Below, piece after piece: positions 59,412 to 64,000 of a stretch of 64,000 nucleotides of DNA. Position numbers and translations under genes: made by a program. Where the stretch lies: NCBI GenBank assembly GCA_020348985.1, contig CP070761.1, positions 2,355,102 through 2,419,101 of the forward strand. The letters are read 5' to 3'. The stretch is from Candidatus Thorarchaeota archaeon. Lineage in GTDB: Archaea > Asgardarchaeota > Thorarchaeia > Thorarchaeales > Thorarchaeaceae. Below the pieces are notes generated by a model, which was not told the DNA's origin, did not search any database, and saw only the letters and a list, made by a program, of their open reading frames with translations. Positions within the stretch are counted from its first letter, which is position 1. Every line of letters begins with the position of its first letter.

Positions 59412-61001
59412 TTGTCTGAGGATACCTCAAGTAGAACATCACGATGGAAAGACAGTGGTTGGTACATCAGCCTAAGCGGCTTCATGAAAGAGTACCGAAA
59501 GCATCGAGTTGGAATTCTGGGACTGGCTGTCCTTTTCTTGTTTATCGGTATGGCCATTGGAGCTCCATTGATTGCTGAACATGATCCAGATCCTGCAGCA
59601 AAGGTTGCGCCGGCCTTCCTGGCACCTCAATGGGTTTCAGTGTTCGACCCCGAGGGCGTAGTAAGCCAAGAGTACTTGCCTGACCCATATCTCAATGATC
59701 CAGAACAACATGAATTCGTAGCTCAGGGGATGAATGCTGATGAGTTTACTTACGTACACTATGTTGATGATCCAGGTGATGAGGATGACTTCAGTCACAT
59801 CAATATAACATGGTCACATACTCCTGGACCAATGTTCTGGAGAGTTCCCCCAGATCCCACTCAAAACCTACCGGATTCCCTTGATATGGGCTACGTTATC
59901 CAGACTCTTGAATGGGAGGACGAAGCACTTCCATCCGACGCAAACATGACAATCGATGTTGCAGTCACAAGAACCGGTGACTTCAACACGGAGGAAGGGG
60001 CACTGATGTTCAAAGTCTATGCGTGGCTCGTCGACAGTTCTGGCCATTGGGAAAAGATATTCCAGTCATTCACTCCGTACCCTGATGGCTACATAGATCG
60101 AAGAGAAGACCTAAGTTACTACGACATAATTGCTGGCTGGGGCGGAATGATTGATGAAGGTGAAGGACAGGAAGATCCTGATGACACGCTCCAAGTTGTG
60201 GTCGGAATAGCACCAACCTATGTTTTCCGTAACTACTTTGGGACTAGTCCACAGTCCAACTATACTGGCACAGTGACTGTGTCGCTAAGAAGGGTCAGCA
60301 TGTTTGCGTATGGCGAATACTTTGGCATTCTAGGCACAACTGACAAGGGTGCTGACGCTTGGGCGCAGCTGATCTACGGCTCTCGAATCTCACTCACTAT
60401 AGGGGTTCTAGCAACCGGACTTGCCACAATTGTTGGTGTGATTGTCGGTTTGACTGCCGGATACTTCGGGGGCAAAACAGACGAGATTCTCATGAGGATA
60501 GTTGACTTCCTGTTGGTGATACCGGGGCTGCCGCTAATGATGGTGATGGCCGCGTTCCTGGGCCCTTCGGTCGAGAACATCATTATAGTGATCTCGATAT
60601 TTGCATGGACTCCGGCGTCGCGGCTCATACGGTCTCAAGTAATGGCTGAGAAGAACAAGGCCTATGTAGAATCGGCCAGAGCAATAGGTGCTTCTGACAC
60701 CTACATCATCTTCAGGCACATTTTGCCGAACGTGACTCCAATCCTGTTTGCTAACATTACGCTCGGAGTTGTCGGTGCGATTCTCTCGGAATCTGGTCTC
60801 GCATTCCTTGGACTCACTGATCCTGGCTTGCCCAGCTGGGGCAGGATGTTGGCTGATGCACAGGGAACGGGTGGTTTCAGCAACGGTGCGTGGTGGGTCG
60901 TGGTATTCCCTGGACTCATGATTACCCTGTTGTCTCTGGCGTTCACGTTCATCGGTCATACCCTTGACCAGGTTCTCAACCCTCGTCTAAGGGAGAGATA
61001 G
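59412..61001 (+). CDS. oppC: Peptide ABC transporter permease with large extracytoplasmic insertion
   Basis: LGTTDKG.D...LIYGSRISL, YVESARAIGA EAA loop, HILPN, LNPR; TTG start after GGAGG. Confidence 0.9.
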   Translation: MSEDTSSRTSRWKDSGWYISLSGFMKEYRKHRVGILGLAVLFLFIGMAIGAPLIAEHDPDPAAKVAPAFLAPQWVSVFDPEGVVSQEYLPDPYLNDPEQHEFVAQGMNADEFTYVHYVDDPGDEDDFSHINITWSHTPGPMFWRVPPDPTQNLPDSLDMGYVIQTLEWEDEALPSDANMTIDVAVTRTGDFNTEEGALMFKVYAWLVDSSGHWEKIFQSFTPYPDGYIDRREDLSYYDIIAGWGGMIDEGEGQEDPDDTLQVVVGIAPTYVFRNYFGTSPQSNYTGTVTVSLRRVSMFAYGEYFGILGTTDKGADAWAQLIYGSRISLTIGVLATGLATIVGVIVGLTAGYFGGKTDEILMRIVDFLLVIPGLPLMMVMAAFLGPSVENIIIVISIFAWTPASRLIRSQVMAEKNKAYVESARAIGASDTYIIFRHILPNVTPILFANITLGVVGAILSESGLAFLGLTDPGLPSWGRMLADAQGTGGFSNGAWWVVVFPGLMITLLSLAFTFIGHTLDQVLNPRLRER

Positions 61002-61018
61002 AGCACTCAGAAGTACTA

Positions 61019-61060
61019 GAGGTCCCAAAGTGGGCCTCCCTCCTTTCCTTTTTCTTTCTC
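61019..61060 (+). terminator. Hairpin + long pyrimidine tract
   Basis: GAGG-T-CCCA/TGGG-CCTC then TCCTTTCCTTTTTCTTTCTC. Confidence 0.55.
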
Positions 61061-61207
61061 CACACTGCTGGAGCTGGATACAAAAGAGGGCCGAGCTTAC
61101 TATCAGCTTTCCTTGAACACTATGCTTATTAGCCGATTAGTCCTAGATTATATTGGCTCACGGTACTTAGCGACGCTAGGTATCGAAGGAAATTGGAGCG
61201 TCAAGAA

Positions 61208-62257
61208 ATGGGACTTCGTGAATACGTAATCAGAAGAAGCATCTACATGTTCCTGCTTGTAGTGGCAGTAGTGTGTTTCAACTTCTTCCTCTTCAGACTC
61301 CCAACATTGTTGCTTGGCGTCAGCCCTGTTGACCTCATGGTTAGTGAAGAGCTTCGTCGGCAGCTCACAAGAGAGGTGCTTGAGGGGCTCTACTCGCGCT
61401 TTGGCCTAGTTCCGGATCCGGATATCTTTGACTGGATCTACATGTTCTGGCGGTACATCGTCAACATGTTCACTGGCAACTTCGGAATCTCCTTTGTAAG
61501 CCAGAGACCTGTGATGACTGAGATTATGGCCAGACTGCCCAACACCCTTCTGTTGATGGGCACGTCTGCCATAGTAGCCATTATTCTTGGAATCTGGACC
61601 GGAGTGAAAGTTGCTGCTGATCCCGGATCAAGAAAAGATGTCGGCGCGGTGACAGTTGCGCTTTTCATATACTCACTCCCGATCTTTTGGCTGGGAATGA
61701 TGCTCTTGATGACATTCTCATTCTATCTCCCTGCAGTAACTAACGATTTGATTTCATTTCCTCTCGGCGGGACCATTGACTATCAGATCTGGGTCGCTGC
61801 GAAGAGCAGTCCTTTTGGAGGTTTGATCATAGCTGCGGATATCATCCATCACTTGATGCTGCCCATGATTACTTTGGGCATCGGAGGTTATGGAGGTTAC
61901 TTCCTATACATGCGCAACAACCTCATCGACGTGATGACTGAGGACTACATACTCACAGCACGTGCAAAGGGATTGGATGAGAACCAGGTGCTGTACAAGC
62001 ACGGACTGAAGAATGCGATGCTCCCAATGGTCACGATAATCGCGATGACGTTTGGATTCTTGATCAATGGTGCGACGCTTACTGAGACTGTATTCAACTG
62101 GTACGGGCTAGGTAGGTTCATCTTTGATAGTCTTGTAATCCTGGACTACCCAGTGGTCCAAGCGATATTCATGATCATTGCCATAACAGCAATCCTAGCG
62201 AACTTTATTGCGGACCTGCTGTACGGCGTACTTGACCCACGAATCAAGTACGGGTAA
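61208..62257 (+). CDS. oppB: Peptide ABC transporter permease
   Basis: GNFGISF, RLPNTL, PIFWLG, DYILTARAKGL, DYPVV, LDPRI. Confidence 0.93.
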   Translation: MGLREYVIRRSIYMFLLVVAVVCFNFFLFRLPTLLLGVSPVDLMVSEELRRQLTREVLEGLYSRFGLVPDPDIFDWIYMFWRYIVNMFTGNFGISFVSQRPVMTEIMARLPNTLLLMGTSAIVAIILGIWTGVKVAADPGSRKDVGAVTVALFIYSLPIFWLGMMLLMTFSFYLPAVTNDLISFPLGGTIDYQIWVAAKSSPFGGLIIAADIIHHLMLPMITLGIGGYGGYFLYMRNNLIDVMTEDYILTARAKGLDENQVLYKHGLKNAMLPMVTIIAMTFGFLINGATLTETVFNWYGLGRFIFDSLVILDYPVVQAIFMIIAITAILANFIADLLYGVLDPRIKYG

Positions 62258-62277
62258 CGTTTCGCTGCATCACAGGT

Positions 62278-62308
62278 GGGGGTTGCAAACCCCCTTCTGT
62301 TCCTTTTT
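62278..62308 (+). terminator. Hairpin + T-tract after oppB
   Basis: GGGGGTT-GCA-AACCCCC then TTCTGTTCCTTTTT. Confidence 0.55.
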
Positions 62309-62510
62309 GGAATCTAAGAAAATAACGTTGGAGCTGCGAGGAAGATCATCCCCTGGTCTCAGAGTCTTCATGAAAACAGTTCTCGAATGGTAATCTTCAT
62401 AAGCATCACCAGGTCTGGCCGCTTCGCTCCGTGACATTCCACCATGAGTAGCCAAATACTACACAGATGAATGACTCGGCTTCGAGAAGGTTCTTGATGA
62501 GGATCTAAGG

Positions 62511-64000
62511 ATGGCAGAGCAAATGGAAAAGAAGGATGGTTGGCGGGATTCCAATTGGTACGTCAATTTTGTCGGATTCACAAGGGAGTTCCGTCGTCAT
62601 AGGATTGGGATTGTTGGAATCATCATTCTGTTGACCTTCACCGGAATGGCAATCGGCGCTCCCTTTCTTGTGGAACACGACCCCGATCCTGCAAACAAGG
62701 TTGCTCCTGCTTTCCTGGCTCCTGCCTGGATGTCAACTTTTGATCCTGAGGGAGTTATCACAAAAGAATACCTGCCAGATGATAACCTCTTGATCTCTCC
62801 ACCAGTGTTTCAAGCTGGGGTCTCCGATTCACAATACTCTTTCGCATATTCAGATGGCGACGGCATGCCTCTGGATTCGCATGTGAATCTGACATGGACG
62901 TATATTGCTGGTGAGGGAGGCAACTTTGTCAATGACCCAGAGGATGATGGAACGGACTATGCCGACATGATTTACTTCACTCAGCAGCTTGAGTGGGAAT
63001 ACGAGCGACTTCCAAGTGACGTCAATGTCTCACTTGAGTTTGCTACCACAATGACTGGAGACTTCGGCTCTCGTGAAGAAGGCGGTCTAATGTTCAAGAT
63101 CTACATCTGGATTATAGATTCATCAGGCAATTGGCGCAGAATCTACAAATCATTTCCACCGTATTCAGACTCATTCATAGAGCGGCGAGTCGATTTGAGC
63201 TATTTCGATATTATTGAGGGCTGGAGGGGAATGGTAATGAATGAAGAGCAATGGCAGGAAGATCCAGATGACATCCTAACAGTTGCAGTAGGACTGGCTC
63301 CGACTGCAGTGTTTGAGAATTTCCTCGGTTCGACTCCGTGGGTGGATTGGTCAGGATCAGTTACTCTGACAGTCAGAAGGATCAGTTTGGTGGCTCATGG
63401 CGAGTACTTCGGTCTCCTTGGAACAACTGACAAAGGAGCTGATGCCTGGAGTCAACTAGTCTATGGTTCTAGGGTGTCACTGATCATCGGAACACTTGCA
63501 ACCGCTCTATCCACAGTCGTAGGAGTCGCTGTGGGAATGGCTGCAGGATACTTTGGCGGGAAGACAGATGAAGTCCTGATGCGTATCGTAGACTTCCTTC
63601 TAGTCATTCCAGGGCTTCCTTTGATGATGGTAATGGCCGCATTCCTTGGTCCCAAGGTCGAGAACATCATCATTGTGATTGCAATATTGGGCTGGACTGG
63701 AACATCACGGTTGATACGGTCACAAGTGATGGCTGAAAAGAATAAGGCGTATGTCGAGTCAGCTAGGGCTATAGGGGCGTCTGACACCTACATCATGTTC
63801 CGTCACATCTTGCCAAATGTCACTCCTATCCTGTTTGCAGACATAACTCTCGGGGTTGTCGGAGCGATACTCTCAGAGTCTGGGCTTGCATTTCTCGGGC
63901 TTACTGATCCATCACAGCCCAGTTGGGGTCGAATGCTTGCAGACGCTCAAGGTTCAGGGGGTTTCAGCAACGGCGCTTGGTGGGTGGTAATCTTCCCAGG
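62511..64000 (+). CDS. oppC: Second OppC-like permease paralog (3' truncated by window; absent from the ORF track)
   Basis: Reads MAEQMEKKDGWRDSNWYVNFVGFTREFRRHRIGIV..., collinear with 59412-61001, including HDPDPANKVAPAFLAP and the EAA loop. Confidence 0.88.
   Translation, partial: MAEQMEKKDGWRDSNWYVNFVGFTREFRRHRIGIVGIIILLTFTGMAIGAPFLVEHDPDPANKVAPAFLAPAWMSTFDPEGVITKEYLPDDNLLISPPVFQAGVSDSQYSFAYSDGDGMPLDSHVNLTWTYIAGEGGNFVNDPEDDGTDYADMIYFTQQLEWEYERLPSDVNVSLEFATTMTGDFGSREEGGLMFKIYIWIIDSSGNWRRIYKSFPPYSDSFIERRVDLSYFDIIEGWRGMVMNEEQWQEDPDDILTVAVGLAPTAVFENFLGSTPWVDWSGSVTLTVRRISLVAHGEYFGLLGTTDKGADAWSQLVYGSRVSLIIGTLATALSTVVGVAVGMAAGYFGGKTDEVLMRIVDFLLVIPGLPLMMVMAAFLGPKVENIIIVIAILGWTGTSRLIRSQVMAEKNKAYVESARAIGASDTYIMFRHILPNVTPILFADITLGVVGAILSESGLAFLGLTDPSQPSWGRMLADAQGSGGFSNGAWWVVIFP

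Noticed and set aside
1-64000. CRISPR arrays, tRNA/rRNA genes, transposases; numerous short overlapping ORFs in the track
   Set aside because: No spaced direct repeats, cloverleaf motifs or transposase motifs seen by eye; the short ORFs are antisense or alternate-frame shadows of well-supported genes

Overview
Gene-dense archaeal chromosomal segment with frequent TTG/GTG starts, GGAGG/GGTGA ribosome-binding sites and TTTATA-type TATA boxes. Gene content (longin-HTH protein, E2F/DP-like winged helix, PAC2, PDCD5, thiolase-DUF35 pair, GlpABC) suggests an Asgard archaeon, probably Thorarchaeia; this is an inference. 1-23 kb holds an acyl-CoA/lipid catabolism region: ADP-forming acetate-CoA ligase, beta-oxidation genes, FGGY kinase-GlpABC-alkyl-DHAP-synthase-like-CCG operon, radical SAM, ALDH. 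23-36 kb holds housekeeping and hypothetical genes. 36-46 kb holds an uncharacterised cluster: an E2F/DP-like factor, vWA proteins, and an amidohydrolase plus a CDC48-N/vWA gene pair facing, head-to-head, a fused and catalytically dead copy of both, followed by a HEAT protein with UBM-like repeats. 46-64 kb holds membrane proteins, an ECF S-component with a divergent wHTH-pseudo-PfkB regulator, a giant GCS2 ligase-Ig fusion and a peptide ABC transporter with duplicated permeases. A strongly nested, unassigned structured-RNA candidate lies at about 2406-2669. No tRNA, rRNA, CRISPR array or transposase was recognised. All calls come from motif reading by eye; no searches were run.
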